A stretch of 64,000 bases of DNA from Octopus sinensis (GCF_006345805.1 NC_042997.1:181350001-181414000); one strand, 5' to 3'. Positions 37,678 through 51,781 are shown, counted from the first letter of the stretch. Translations and numbers: made by a program. The notes: generated by a model not told the origin, from the letters alone.

Positions 37678-39739
37678 GGACATTGATTATAACATGAAAT
37701 GTGCGGGAACAATGGTGACAGTTGAAATAAAATGGGTCAATGAAGGAATACTACCATTGTCGCATACTAACCTCGACCATTTGTTTGTATGCTTTAAAGT
37801 AAATTGAAGCGTCCTAAATAGAAGTATATAGCTCATAAATCACTATTTCATAACCGCCAACTTAGAAACTAGGTTAAGAATTTCCCTTCCTTACTTTAGC
37901 TAACGAAGTTTTTCAATTAACGGCAAACTGATCACAGTTAGACTTTGAATCGCATAGACTTTGAATGAAGTAAACATTGGTATAAATATGCTGCTGCAAT
38001 AGAGTGCTGAATGGTTAACTGATGTTAAGGACTACTGTTCAGTTTATACGTGTTTAGAATTTTTTAAATTATCACCTATAAATATGTGATAGATTTTCAG
38101 AAAATGAATTTGGAAAAATTTAGAAACGAAACACGAAATTAATAATGATTAGTTTAAAAGGATTTTAACTCGTAAGTAATTTTCATGAAAGCAAGATCTT
38201 CCACTGCAAAGTCAATCTGTTTTAAATGTAAAAAAAAAAAAAAAAAAGGGAGTTAAATGTGAAATTATGAATTTTTATACTGTCAAAAGGCCAGGAATTT
38301 TGGTGGGAGGCTTGTTTATTCGATTTAAAATGTAGCAGTACTTGATTTGTACTTATTTTTGAACCCGGAAATGTCAAAGACAGAGTTGACCTTGGTTGGT
38401 TTTGAACATATAACACGAAAATATGTAAAGTGGTAACTTCAAGTGCTTTTCCCCCCACCAAACATCAATCTGTAAAAATACATAAATAAAACATAATCGA
38501 ATTTTTTCCTTTTTTTTTCTTTATTAAGGGCAGTTGGGTAACAGATACGGTGACAGGACGTATTAAACACTGTATTACATGGAAAAATGCGAGCAAGAGA
38601 AATAATATTCTTAAGTAAATTTGCCTTACTTCTCTGTAAGATGTATAAAATAATTCTCAGTCATCACGTATGATCAAATTAATTGATGAAGTCTCTAATA
38701 TTTTGTATGAAATTTTGTGCTAAAGTTAGATATTAACACTTTTTTTCTATTTACCGTAGTTCTGTAGCTGTTGCAGTATAGCACAGTATCCCCGTACATA
38801 ATGCAGTCGTAAAACATTTCTATTTTCTGGATTAAAATGGGTAGTCTATGGATTAGGTGACATAGTTCTAAGAATATGAAACTAAAAAATGTCTATTCGT
38901 TTATATTTCTTTAATTTCTTCCCTGATAAGTATTGGTTTATAAGGCTTCAATAGGTGCAGTATAGCTGAATACTTAAGAAATTTGTTCCGTGAACCACGA
39001 AGTTATGTTCGATCTTACTGTGGGGTACTTTGGGCAAATGTAATTTTTTATGGAGTCTTTTATGTCGTTTTCAAGGGTATTGACAATCCAGCTAAAATGT
39101 ATAAACTTTAACTGGTAATTGAAACAGTATTCTGGATTGCCCTAAATGACCGCTGATATAATTATAATGTTATTATAATTAACCTAAAACTATCAGTAGA
39201 TGCATCTCTTTTGCTCATTGATTAAACGGTAGGAGTTCTCAGGTCATCGCTATTAGATAGTTTCTTGTTAAAAGTCGGTTGTGGTGATTGCCAGTCACAT
39301 ATCTTTAATGATATAGAATATGGCAAAGTAGAAAAACTAAAAGAAGATAAATTTCCATAACTATATTTATGGATAAAAACCTTTTACACAGATCTGAGAA
39401 GGACACCATATAAACTACTATAACGTGATCACATCAAGCCAACGTGGAATTCAATTAACTTTCTTCTCCTTATGAACGACTGTTTTCGTGATCTTTAGTT
39501 AAATGATGTTAGGATTGTTAAGTAACATGTCTAATCGACACACATTACTTTTATATGACACTTGTTCGATTACATAGATTACCAAATCTGCAGAAACTCA
39601 TGCTTTAAAAAAAAAAAAAACGTATCTGACTATTTAACATGCATTATACTTTCTTCTGCAAAAGAAGCATTCAAATGAAATATTGATTCGTAAATTGAAG
39701 TCTTAATCACTTATACTGCTACAAAGCAGCTGCAATTTT

Positions 39740-42127
39740 CGGACAACGAGGAATTCCAACCACGTTTCGTGGTTCGCTACCTCAACAGCTTCTTTATAGG
39801 ATCCAGTGGCTAAAGAGATCATCAGGAGGAACTACATCCGGTTTCGGCCCCTACTCCTCTTTCGGAGGTGTCTTCATCTCTGGTGTTGAGTGCGTTTCTT
39901 CTCCCTCCTTTTTTATCCTGTTCTTTGGTTTCTTCGATGCAGCGTCAACGAATGTCAGCGGGCGACTGACCATCCTGCCAATTTTCCCTTTAAATACTCG
40001 CCAGTAGGCTCCTGAAGACAGCACCAGCTAACTGTCACATGACACTGTCTAAGCTTCAACTGACCAATGGAGGAGAAGGGCGCGTAGTTTTAGCCTGCGC
40101 CCTCTCTAAACCTGCCTTCCAACAGTGTCATGTTAGTTTCAGTTCCAGCAGCCAGCTTCGAACCAGGAGGAGGGGGCGCCATGAACGAGACCGCTACATT
40201 GGCCCACCTATCAATCAGTGATGCTGCTTATGTGTCAGCCACCCTCACCTAGCAACGCTCTTTCCCAGTCGGCATGTTAAGGCTTTCAAGCCATTTTGGA
40301 TCTTCTCACTTCAGCCATATATAGAAGCTGGCTTTTTTTCGACTGCCTCCTGTATTCTCCTTATTACTTCTCTCAGCTCCGAGCTCAAAAATGCAAACCT
40401 TCTTTTAAATAAAGTCGTCATTTTCCTTTCAATGAAGTCTCTAACTCCCCATCCCCATGGCCAGGTGGTAATACTCATCAGTCCATCCCTGTTTTCCGTA
40501 CTCTTCGATTAATTTCTCATACCTCTTCTCCTTCCGTTGCTCTGTATTAGCGATGTTCTCTTTCCATGGCATTGTCAGCTCTAGGAAAATTCCAGTTCCC
40601 CGTTTTGTGTTCCATAGGATTAAGTCCGATTTTCTTGTTTTTATGAGGGGAAATATTAATAGTTTTTCCAAATCCGCTGCCAGTTCCCAGTATCCTATCT
40701 TTCGTCTGTCTGTCTCGTATATTTTATTTGTCCTTTTCCCTCCTGAAAGTATACTTTTCCGTGCTTTTCCACTTTTGGGTATTTTCCCTATTATATCTCT
40801 CGATCTTCTCCTTGAGTGCTGCACTTATGACGCTGAGGACTTGATTCTGACGCCATACATATCTGTCTAGTGCTAGCCTGCAGTTTGACAGAACATTCTC
40901 ACCGTCGATTTCTCTCCGCATCTACATTCATCAGTTGTTTGTATGTTCCACCGGACTAAATTCGCCAGTGAAGGTAAAACGTCGAAGGTAGAATTGATCA
41001 GGAAGGATGTTCTTGCTTGTTTCCAAGTCGAAGTTCCTTCCATGAGATTCTGCGACTGACTACATACTCCTCCCATTTCAGGCACTGTCCCTGTTGACTA
41101 AATTGCACCAAATGTACATTTCGCCTTTCTTTTTCCTCCTTTCTCACTTCATGTACCACTGCCTCTTTCATCTCTTTTACACTGTTCATGCAAAATGGCT
41201 TGAAATTGTGCAACCTTAGACCGGCTCTTGGTTCTTGCGTCACTCTAACTATATCGGCATGCCTTGGCTTTCCGATCACCCTGTTTACTGCCTCTTCCGT
41301 TTTCTATTTCGTCCCTGTTCGTACCTTTGGAGGGTTTTCTCGGATGTTCTGATCTTTCGAATACCTTAGCTGTCCTTGCCTTTCCTGCCTTATATTCTTC
41401 GGTGATTGATGTTATCGGTAGTTGCAGCACGGGTTTTCCATATAGTGCAGTTGTATTCAGTGGTTTTGGAAGATCAAGCCATTTTCTTATAAACACACTG
41501 CGTCCTTGTTCTACTCTTTCTACTCTACTCGAAGCTATTTCGTACATTTGCAATGGCCACATTATCGTTGGATACAGTCCAAATTTCAGTATCCAACATT
41601 TGAATTTCTCCGGTAATGTTGTTCTGTCAATTGCATTTAGTCTTTGTTCCACTAAATAGTGTGTTTTTTGGCTTTGCTTCTTATCATTTAGTAATTCTCT
41701 GTATCATCTGCCGAGATTCTTTACCGGTTGTTGTTTCAGTGTTGGTATATCTTCACCTCCTATCCTGAATTTTGGCTTTGAATCTCATTATCGCCCTTCC
41801 TATTAGCTCATCCAACCGCTCTAACGCTCCATCTGCTGCTTGTCTACTTTCTAATAATAGAATAACGTCGTCTACAAAAGCCCTTAAATATGTGTCTTTG
41901 TAACAGATTTCTGACAGTTTGTTGATCTTAATAACATCCCCATGACTAGCACAAATAAGATGACTGATATCGTGCATCCAGCTGCAATACCTACTTTAAG
42001 CCGTTACCACTCCGTTGTGAACTTTCCTGCTGTAAATCTCATCCTCAATTTATCGTAGTAACATATGAGTATTCGCAGAACATCTGGAATCCAAAATAAG
42101 TCCATAGCTGCTTGAATTAGTGCGCGT
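39740..42127 (-). pseudogene. HERO-like (R2-group, RLE) non-LTR retrotransposon, RT to 3' end
   Basis: GIAAGCTISVILFVL, RAFVDD, KFKCWILKFGLYPTIMWPLQMYE, TSFLINSTFDVLPSLANLVRW, RYVWRQNQVL, SDLILWN...LELTMPW...KEKRYEKL, EKASFYIWLK. Many frameshifts; the 3' boundary is approximate. Confidence 0.88.
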
Positions 42128-42232
42128 CTTGCTTTTCCAGTCAGTATTGCTGCCTCCAACACTGTCTGCATCAATTTTTTGATAAGTTTCGTACCATTGC
42201 TTAGATGTTGAAAAAATTTCTATTAATGCAAT
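42128..42232 (-). repeat. Inverted 105-bp Helitron helicase fragment
   Basis: About 90% reverse complement of 42488-42592 (NGTKLIKKLMQTVLEAAILTGK). Confidence 0.88.
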
Positions 42233-42233
42233 T

Positions 42234-43275
42234 TCTATTATACATATATACTACATTCATATATTACCTTTAATAAATTAGCCTTCATAAAGTTCACCTT
42301 CAAAATGCCACGACGAGTCAGAGTACGATTGGGTGCTTCTACTTCACAAGCTGCTCTAATGCAACAACGGCGATCTCAAGTAAGTCTCTGATTCATTATG
42401 TTTCATATTTACAAAATAAAACAATTAGTCTTCGTCTATTTTAATTATATAAACAGTTATATACATATTTCTGTAATTAATTCACACATTGCATTAATAG
42501 ACATCCTTTCAACATCTATTCAATGGTACGAGACTTATCAAAAATTTGATGCAGACAGTGTTGGAAGCAGCAATGCTGACTGGGAAAGCAAGTGGTGAAG
42601 ATGTTTTCATTCCAAAGATTCCTCTGATTCCTTCCGACACACAAATTGATTTCAAAATGCTACAATTCCCACTGAGATTAAGCTTTGCAATGAGTATCGA
42701 CAAAGCATAGGGTCAGACATTGGAAGTGATAGGCCTTAATCTTGCAGAACCTGCTTTTTCTCACGGACAGCTCTATGTCGGATGCTCTAAAGTTGGAAAT
42801 CCGGAAAATTTGTTCATATATGCACCCAACTGCAAAACCAAAAGTATTGTGTATCACGAAGCCATGCAAGACTGAAATTTTGGAACGAAGATGCCTCTCT
42901 CTCCGACAACCACTCTTGCCAACCTAAGACAACCTCTCTCGCCAACCTCTGAAAACCTCTTTCGACAACCTCCGATAATCTCTCTCGCCAACCTCCGACA
43001 ACCTCTTTAGACAACCTCCGACGAACTCTCTTGCCAACCTCCGACAACCTCTCTCGCCAACCTCCAACAACCTCTCTCACAAACCTCCGACAATCTTTTT
43101 CACCAACCTTCGGAAACCTGTCCCCCCAACCCCCAGTTGACAGTTTTTGTACTTTTTCGTGACGGAAAATACACCTTTTGTGGTAGTTATAATGATATTG
43201 CTTTCTTATATCAGAGTAATAAGGCGTTTCAATAGAACATCTTTACTCCCGGGAATTACCGGGTACATCAGCTAG
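42234..43275 (+). mobile_element. Internally deleted Helitron with PIF1-like helicase C-terminus
   Basis: TC start (tctattatacatatata); NGTRL...GEDVFIPKIPLIP...QFPLRLSFAMSIDKA*GQT...FSHGQLYVGCS (42520-42876); 3' cccgggaattaccggg hairpin and CTAG|T at 43272-43276. Confidence 0.9.
42894..43120. repeat. About 23-bp minisatellite inside the Helitron
   Basis: About 10 diverged copies of caacctctctcgccaacctccga. Confidence 0.9.
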
Positions 43276-43830
43276 TCTCTTCATATAGTTGTTTTAACCC
43301 TTCTCTTTCCTCCTCCTTTGCATCTCTCAATCTAGTTCTGAGATTTTTCTTCTCGTATCATTGCGATCTGTCTTTCTCTCCTCGATGGTCCGTCCTTTGC
43401 TGATGATTCTCCATTCCCTGTTGTTTCAAGTCCAAATCTTATCTCCCTTTCCTGATAGATTATATTAACCTTCTCGAGCTTTTGTTCATCGTCCCCTTTG
43501 AATTTGGTGGTCATTCTTGCTACCTTGTCGTCGAATTTTCTTATAGCTCGCTGCATCATTTGCCTTCGGCCACTTAATCTTTGGCTTCTTCACACCTGTT
43601 GAATCACTTTCCTCTGACACACCATCCCTTGGTGAATTCTCAGTCCGATGTAACTAGAGAACGCCTTTCCACAGCAGCTGAATTCCTCATCTACCTTTCC
43701 TTTACCGTTTCCTTTCTCGTTGTCCATTTCCGGTCGGGGTCCATTCCTTTTTCTGTTCCTGTTCGATCCCATATTCTCCACTTCCCTCGTGCTCCGGGAT
43801 CACGGGGGCATGGTTCATCATGCTTATTTG
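43276..43830 (-). pseudogene. HERO-like element 5' part with N-terminal zinc finger
   Basis: CCGKAFSSYIGLRIHQGMVC zinc finger, then RKFDDKVARM...RFGLE...RRERQIAMIREE, matching the region upstream of RT in HERO-like ORFs. Confidence 0.82.
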
Positions 43831-45289
43831 TTGCAACATTGTTTATCATATGCGTATTTGATAAGATTGAAGATTTTGGGAAATACTGAAGAGAATCTCT
43901 ACAAATTATTTTCAGAAATGTGAGGCATCGTTATCAATAAGTAATGGGCCTGGTTTGCTGAGAATTGCTCTGGAATCAGTTAAATGATTGCAGATTCGTA
44001 TTCATGTCACAAAGCTTGGATTGCTGACAAGAACTATCCAACAAAGAACAAAAACTATGACACAACAACGTGATCTGTCCTACGTTACACAGCTATTATG
44101 TTTTTTTCCTATTCAATCTGCTGACTGGTACAGCCCTCTAAGGAGATTCCAAGACAATATTTCATGTCCAAATCAACAACACTTTATCATTCCCCAGCCA
44201 GTGATAGAGATAATATTCTCAAGAGTGTGGATTAACATTTAGTGATATTTCAGAACGTGATGTAGCAGTCGATTAATAAATTATCAACTTAATTACGTAA
44301 CATTCAATGCTTCATAATAAAACTGGTTTAACATCCAATGACAAAGAGATGGCAATAAATCAAGTGACAAATGAGCAAACCCAAATGGAAAAGTAATGCA
44401 TGAAGGCAATTTTTCGCAAAAACAAACGACAGCTCTTCGGCTATAATTTCTTCAGGTATTTAATTTTCAAATCCGTACAGTTATACAGAATTATATTCTA
44501 CTCTCACACAACTGTTGGAAATTTTCATCGTTAATTTGAATAAAATATTTTATGCATAACAAAACAGAAAATTTACGTCAGTAATAAACAGACTCTGATT
44601 GAGCAACTTAAGGCATGTGGGTAGTTCACCGAAAGACAAGGTACGAACCACAGATATGTTGTTCTTGATATATTACATCTCCTGGTTACTTGAGATCCAT
44701 ACCACACATTCAGTTATGCAGTGGTAAATCGTATACAATACTGACAGGTTAAACAAATAAATTCTAAGTGCAAGTTCCAACAACAATCGAAGCAAACGTG
44801 AAAATTGCGGTTTAGATTCTTGGTTACGAATTCGTTGTATATCTTTTACAACCTTTAGAAGGTATCTCGTTACTGCACTCCGTAATAAGTGAGGTCTGCA
44901 AGATAGGGGTGCTGAGCATATCCCTGTGAACAACTGTATACAATATAAAATAAAACAGAATAAAATAATAAACTGTAGTAATTGGTAGAAAAGGATCTAA
45001 CCATCACTGGAGTTTTATCTATTTTTATTGAAATAGGAGACATGGAACGATCGGAAAACGAAACAGTGTCTCTTGAAACTCTACAATAACAAATCTGAAT
45101 AAGTAGAAAGGAAAACAAATCAATTAGAACAGGGAATGAAGTTTGAAATTATTGGCAATTCAAAGTTGAATATCACTTGGGGAATGAAAGAAAATGGCTG
45201 GAGGGCTCTGAAAATGTTGGACAAAGACGTAAAAGCAATTTTATTGAAAGAATGGTCCCTGTTAACCCTTTTCCACCTGTGTGATACTT

Positions 45290-45515
45290 TTCGAGTTAAC
45301 GAGGAAGCCTCTGCGCGGTCGCTCGACAAGCTAGAAAAAGCAGTTAAATCTTCCTCAAACACAGCCTACAGTGTTTTTTAAAAATGTATATTTGGTAATG
45401 CAGTCTCCGATACACTGTGTCTGAGTAAAAGACGAGATGGTCAAGGCTGGAATGTCTCTGGCCGTAGGACTAATATCAGAGCTGGTCTGAGGATCAAACA
45501 AAATCAATAACATTT
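45290..45515 (-). mobile_element. Dispersed repeat family F (SINE tail-like); related pieces near 4000, 33510, 49700-49860 and 54540-54670
   Basis: Shared motifs ttgttgtt...gatcaaaggcattccagcc-like and gaggaagattt..ctgct...tctagc..gtcgagcgacc. Confidence 0.55.
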
Positions 45516-45957
45516 TAAAAAAGAGGAAGTCAGATAGGCAGATGAGTTCAACTATTGAAGTATAGTTTATTGTTTGTTAGGAAATGAATACAATAATCAT
45601 TTTACCTGTTTAAATACTAATTTCACAAGATTTCATAATTACTATCTTACGGCAATGATGAAATTGGCTGAAAGTAACAGGGTGAATGGGTCAAATTAAT
45701 GTATGATTAAAGACTTAAATAATTCCAGACGAGAGAAAACGAAACTAAAGGTCATTAAATTATAAAAACAATGATAAATTAATATAAACAAAAACAAGAA
45801 GGAAATACAAGCAAAATCTAATTGATTTACTGATAATGAAAACGAAAAGAGATTTTAAAGCATTAGAACAATAACTTACAAATAATAGCAATACCCTATC
45901 CAACAAAAACCACACATGATTGCGAGCGCTGGAGGCAAGCGTTAAATATATATATAT

Positions 45958-46187
45958 ATATTTCTTTACTACCCACAAGGAGCTAAACACAGAGGGGACA
46001 AACAAGGACAGACAAACGGATTAAGTCGATTACATCGACCCCAGTGCGTAACTGGTACTTAATTTATCGACCTCGAAAGGATGAAAGGCAAAGTCGACGT
46101 CGGCGGAATTTGAACTCATAACGTAACGGCAGACGAAATACCACTAAGCATTTCGCCCGGCGTGCTAACGTTTCTGCCAGCTCGCCT
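45958..46187 (-). mobile_element. SINE family A, full length
   Basis: Consensus match. Confidence 0.92.
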
Positions 46188-46189
46188 TT

Positions 46190-46705
<516 letters not shown>

Positions 46706-46709
46706 CATA

Positions 46710-47952
46710 CAGGGTGCGTAAGATATTTGAGGACAGATTTATGTTTATAGAAAAACAGATATATAATAACAAATAAAACTTTATTTCTCAAAAAATGCTA
46801 TGAGGATAAAAATAAACCTTCTTTTCTATAATGCCACCTTCAGCTTTAACATCTACTATATGAGATCGAAATCATCTACATGCTCGAATCAAGTGGTCCT
46901 GGTTCATTTTGGACATTACTCTGACTATGGCAGTTTTCAAATAATCTTTGGTGTTATGGGCGTGTTCATTGACCTCTCTCTCACCAACGTTCCACATGTA
47001 ATAGTCCAATGGATTGAGATCTGGGGAATTAGGAAGCCAAATGTTAGCAGTTATATGATCACAAATATTTTCAGCTATTCATTCCTGTGTTACTAGAACC
47101 ATGTGTGAGAGTACAGAGTCTTACTGACACACATATGGCCTTCCATTGCATACACTGTTTATCCAGGGCTTAATAATTATTTCCAGGACCTCAATGTAGG
47201 CGGCAGAGTTAACTCTAAGGCTTTGTGGAAAGAAGTAAGGCGGTATCACATGTCCTTCATTACTGACAACCCCTAAAACCATGATGGTTGCAGGAAATTT
47301 TGTATGCATAGCACTTGGAATTTCAGAAGGGTCTGCACATAACAATCTGTCATTTCTTCTTTTAACTTTTTGATCTTGGTCGACATTTTTCTCGTTTGAG
47401 AAAAACCAAATCAAATCTTCTACTGGATTTTTCAGTTTGTTTAAGAGCCTTTTAGATCTGATGTGATTCTCTTTTGCTTTTTCTGACAAATTAACCATTC
47501 CTCATCATATAAGACTTGCATCTGATGTCTTCGTGGGCAACATTTCTGAATGTACCTTCTGACACAGGGAGATCTTTTGCAATTGAGCTCGTGGACTTTC
47601 TGGGAATGTAATCAATGGTCTGTTGAACTTGCTGGATAAATTCAGGTGTTCTGACAGTTCCAGAGAGCGTTTGGAGTGCTTTTTATGCTTTGATACTGAT
47701 GATACGTTTTCATCTTCAGTCTTTAGTTCCTTACAAATTTTGTAGACGAAAGTTCTGGCAGCTTTTAAAATTCGAGATATTTCTAAATCGCTATGCTCAG
47801 CCTTTATAACCACAATAACAGCATGCCTCTTCATTCCTCGAGTAAGCTGAGTGTCTGCCATTATTATTTTCTGAAACAAAGATTATACAGAGTTAGCAAA
47901 AAATGCAGCAATTACACACAGAAGTTATGTCCTCAAATACCTTACGTACCAG
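46710..47952 (-). mobile_element. Full-length decayed maT (DD37D) Tc1/mariner element
   Basis: TIRs ...cgtaag(a/g)tatttgaggaca with TA flanks; WFFS(N)EKN, then Q*DSVLSH-37 aa-SPDLNPLDYY spacing counted manually. Confidence 0.92.
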
Positions 47953-48169
47953 TATATATGAATGTGTATGTGATGTGTGTGTGTATGTATGTGTGTGTAT
48001 CTATATACTTACATATGTTTTTACACACACAAATAATATAAAATGGTTTCTAATTCAGGTACAAGATCAACAATTTTAACGGAAGAAGATAATCGATATC
48101 AATACTTTATCGACCCCCGACAGTGGGCAGAATGTGGGGAGGATAAAAGCAAAATTGACCTCGATTGAA

Positions 48170-48376
48170 CGCGGGTGTTACGTTAAAAAAACCCCGCGCG
48201 ATAGGTGAAAATCCGGGAAGTAGAAACAGTAATGTAACGTACGTTTAAAAAAAATTATTTCTATGATTTGTATGTATTTATTTTATTATAAATGCAAAAC
48301 ACCACCACGGAGGAATCGACGTAAGCTTAAATAATAAATCCCGATAGGTGAACCGCAATAAGGCGAGGGATTACTG
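48170..48376. mobile_element. pogo/Tigger-like MITE right end
   Basis: Ends aaccgcaataaggcgagggattactg|TA with subterminal gataggtgaa repeats; the left TIR was not found. Confidence 0.6.
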
Positions 48377-51300
48377 TAATTCATCAGAGTTCTGCATTCT
48401 TTGCCACACGTATATACACTTGCACTCGGACATACATATATGGAATATATTTATTCATAAGCAAGGACAAGCCCGAGCAGGATTGAATTTAAGTAGAAAT
48501 TTTGAATTCATATGCCAAGTACTGGTGATGTATCACCCATGTGTCATAAGTGTCATTTATCTGGAGAGAATAAGAGATCCACTACGGGTCATACAACTTG
48601 CTAGCAATAGCAGCCTGTTTTCTCTCAACTTGCATCCTATAAGGAAAAAAAAAAGAAAAAAAGGAGAGAGAAAAGATCACTTAATACCATGTACATTGTA
48701 CCTCTAAAAATGAAAGAATTATCACAACTTTAATTCTTTGTCATAGGTTTGCTCTATGGTGGATGACCTGAGACAAAACAGCAACGAAAATGTTCTTTTT
48801 TTTACACACTGTTATTCCATATTCGTTTACTTTTAACATCGTTGTTGGCAAGTAAAACGATAGCGGGCGTACCATAAACATCTGCATATAAGTTTATATA
48901 AAATTAATGTAAATGTATGTATATGTACAGATATAGATTTTCAAAAGGCAGAAATTTACTTCATAATAAAAATTAAAAAACGTAAAATATAAGGTATATA
49001 TAGCAGCGAGAATTGGATGAACCGAGAGGGGGAAAAAAACTATCCGTCCTTACGAATCAGAAGGAGCGTTTTGCATCACGTAGAGATCGTTTTCTTAGGT
49101 CGCACGTCACTTCCATTCTTGACACCCTCGCGGCACCTGCTTCTGGTGGAAAAAAAAAGAAAAGAAAAAAGAATGACAATACCCTCGATACAGTCATAGA
49201 TAAAGCTCAGCTCCGATAATGTAAAGTGAACCACTAACCAAATTGACTAAATTAACCAAAATAAGAAGGGCAGAGCTCATGAACTTTGCAGACCTTCACC
49301 AGACTAGTAAGGCTGTGACTTTTGATACTCAACCTGAACATCTGCAGGCCAATATCTGTAGGGAAAATTGAATACTTGGAAACAGAGTGAACTCTGCTAA
49401 AGCTCATCTAGGGCCTTGTTAAACAAAGCGGTTTGTTAGCTTGTAATAAGATGCCCGTGATTGTGTCCGGCTAAACAAACTAGATTAGAGTTGTGTTAGC
49501 CTGTAATAAGATGCCCATGATTGTGCCCAGCCAGGCAAACTAGATCAGAATTTGGCGCCTTGCTTCAAAAATCCTCAACACAATGCAATTCGTTATTTAT
49601 ATCTTTCTTTAAAAACATGAATGTTTATAAAATTTTTATAGATCTGCGGTCTACAAACAAGGGAATATTGACCGTGTAAGAGTTCCCTCATTGGGAGTTT
49701 CTACGTGATCAATCGACTTCCCGAAGAGAAATTAATTTTCCCTTAAATCACGCTCCGCTGCTTTGCGAGATGATGGGTTGGTTATGGCTGGAATGCACTT
49801 GATCATATAGGTCTGCTAAATCAGAACTCACGTGGGATTAAACAACAACAACAACATAAAAAAAAACAAAGCAAATTAATTTAGCAGTCAACTGACGTTA
49901 ATTTTTTTATCTTTTACTCGTAAGCGAGGTAGTACCCGATATCCGGAACTAGTGAGAGGGATGAAGAGAGGAAAGAAACCTGACTCGAATGCTCATAACA
50001 GAGTGGACTCTGTTAAAGGCACCCAAGGTAGTGTTAAACCAAGCGACAGGTGAAGTCTACCATCCAATGAATGCTATGGTAGTATTTGATCTCAGAAAGA
50101 GCCGGAACAAATTCCACAAGGCATTCAGCCCGACGTTCTTACAGTTCCGCCAATCCACGGCCTCCGATTGGTACTGTTTTATCGACCCCGAAAGGATGAA
50201 AGGCGAAGATGACCGCGACAGGATTTGAACTCAGAGCGTAGAGAATCAGAACAAAATCTGTTACAATTATACCTACTTTCATACGCTACTTGTTTCTGAA
50301 AAGATTAAAAACGCATCTAAGGAAATGTTGCAGAAAACTTTTAATTAGTTTTCAGCTCTTAAGTTTTGAGCTTTTTCTTTTTGCTTTAGACCAGGCATAA
50401 GTCAATCTTTGCAAGAGATCGGGTTAAAGTTAATTGAATCGACTTCAGTTTATAACAGAAATTTATTTTATACACCATGGAGAATAAAAAACAAAACCAA
50501 TGCAAACGAGATTTTAATACAGAACTGAGTGGAACGCTAGATAATAGATACTATCCAATTAACATTTTGACTTTGTTTCGGGGCCTTGTTGTTATGTCTC
50601 CTGAACATAAGATAATGAGTTCGATTCCTGGACCTGATGACACGTTGTGTTCTTGAACAAATCACCTCATTTTACATTGCTCCAATCTATTCAACTGTAA
50701 TGATCACAAGTCGGGCGCTGGTGCTGCCTTATTTCCCTGCTGATGTTACATCCTGAATGTTCTGCTGGGTCAAGACTGACATAGACACCTAAAGCAATTA
50801 GTAAAAGCATAGTACATATTACCAAACCATACTCGCTCACGAATGACGGCTGACTGTCGTTTACTGTACTTTCACAATTTCTTTGTTTTGTATGTCTGAA
50901 GTTAAACGGAGAGGAAAAAATGCCGAAAGGCAGCTGTGAAGCAAAATACGAAATATGAAGGCAGTATAGAAGAATAAAGGCTTTCAAAGCAATGATTAAT
51001 GATAGTTAAATTACTGGTCATGTACGCCGGTTGAAAGAACAGACCATGAAGATTACCAAATTAATGAACCAAATCAACCGTTTCTTTGATCTGGCACGTT
51101 GATACAGCAGCCTGGTGCATTACATTGCTGAACATCTGCTTCCACTAACAGAGTTTTCGTTTTTAAATGAGGTTTCTGTTGTTTTTTTTAATCCCTTCTA
51201 TAAAAGAATCAAATGCAGAATGATAAATCGATCAGGCTCTGATTGTACCACAAAAGATTTTGATGCTATTAAAATTTTAAAAGAATAAAGGATTGTGCTT

Positions 51301-51532
51301 AATAATGCGTGTGTTTTAATTGGACGAAATAATCTAGTATAGCGAAACTAATAGTAAACACAAGTTCCACGCACAAAAAATAAATAAATGAAAGAAAAAT
51401 ACAAAGGAAAAAAATGACGACTATGCAATATTGGCTCCTCCATATTAGGTTGCATAAATTACTTTGAAGCAATAACTTTTAAACTTACATTTTGCACATA
51501 AATGGAATTATGGGAAACTAATATATATATAT

Positions 51533-51737
51533 TAGCGCCATGATAGATCGTTAGCCACTACGCACATTTTTTTCTCTCCTTGTTCCTCTCCTTGTTTTTT
51601 TTCTGTGTCCCTTTCTGTAGAAAAGCGTAGGCTCGAAACGTAAAAGACTTTTTCTATTCCTGAGCGTTATGCTAATACATCTGTTTGTTTTGTACACTAC
51701 CTGTCTTTGTCTTTTGTTTTTTTCGTAAACTCTTCCT
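51533..51737 (+). mobile_element. Non-coding (TA)n-embedded unit carrying a variant hammerhead
   Basis: About 205-bp island between TA tracts, pyrimidine-rich on the + strand. Confidence 0.6.
51611..51646 (+). ncRNA. Minimal hammerhead-like motif with CUGUAGA core
   Basis: cuuu-CUGUAGA-aaagc-guag-gcuc-GAA-ACGU-A-aaag: 4-bp stem I, AGC/GCU stem II, palindromic ACGU, GUA triplet. Confidence 0.62.
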
Positions 51738-51781
51738 ATATATATGTGTGTGTGTGTATGTATGAATATATATATATATAA

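Noticed and set aside
37578-37807. ORF 37562-37807
   Set aside because: Spans the N gap; artefact.
42894-43120. CRISPR-like regular spacing (also the SINE A arrays)
   Set aside because: Units are contiguous and degenerate with no unique spacers; eukaryotic context; no cas genes.
43890-44420. Faint resemblance to a pre-RT LINE region
   Set aside because: No diagnostic motif recoverable by eye.
44590-44645. CTGATTGAG...GAAA string
   Set aside because: Core mismatch and no convincing stems.
50691-50987. Possible minus-strand exon (tactaat...ttag acceptor-like site)
   Set aside because: No recognisable protein similarity, no partner exon, and it runs into a SINE remnant.
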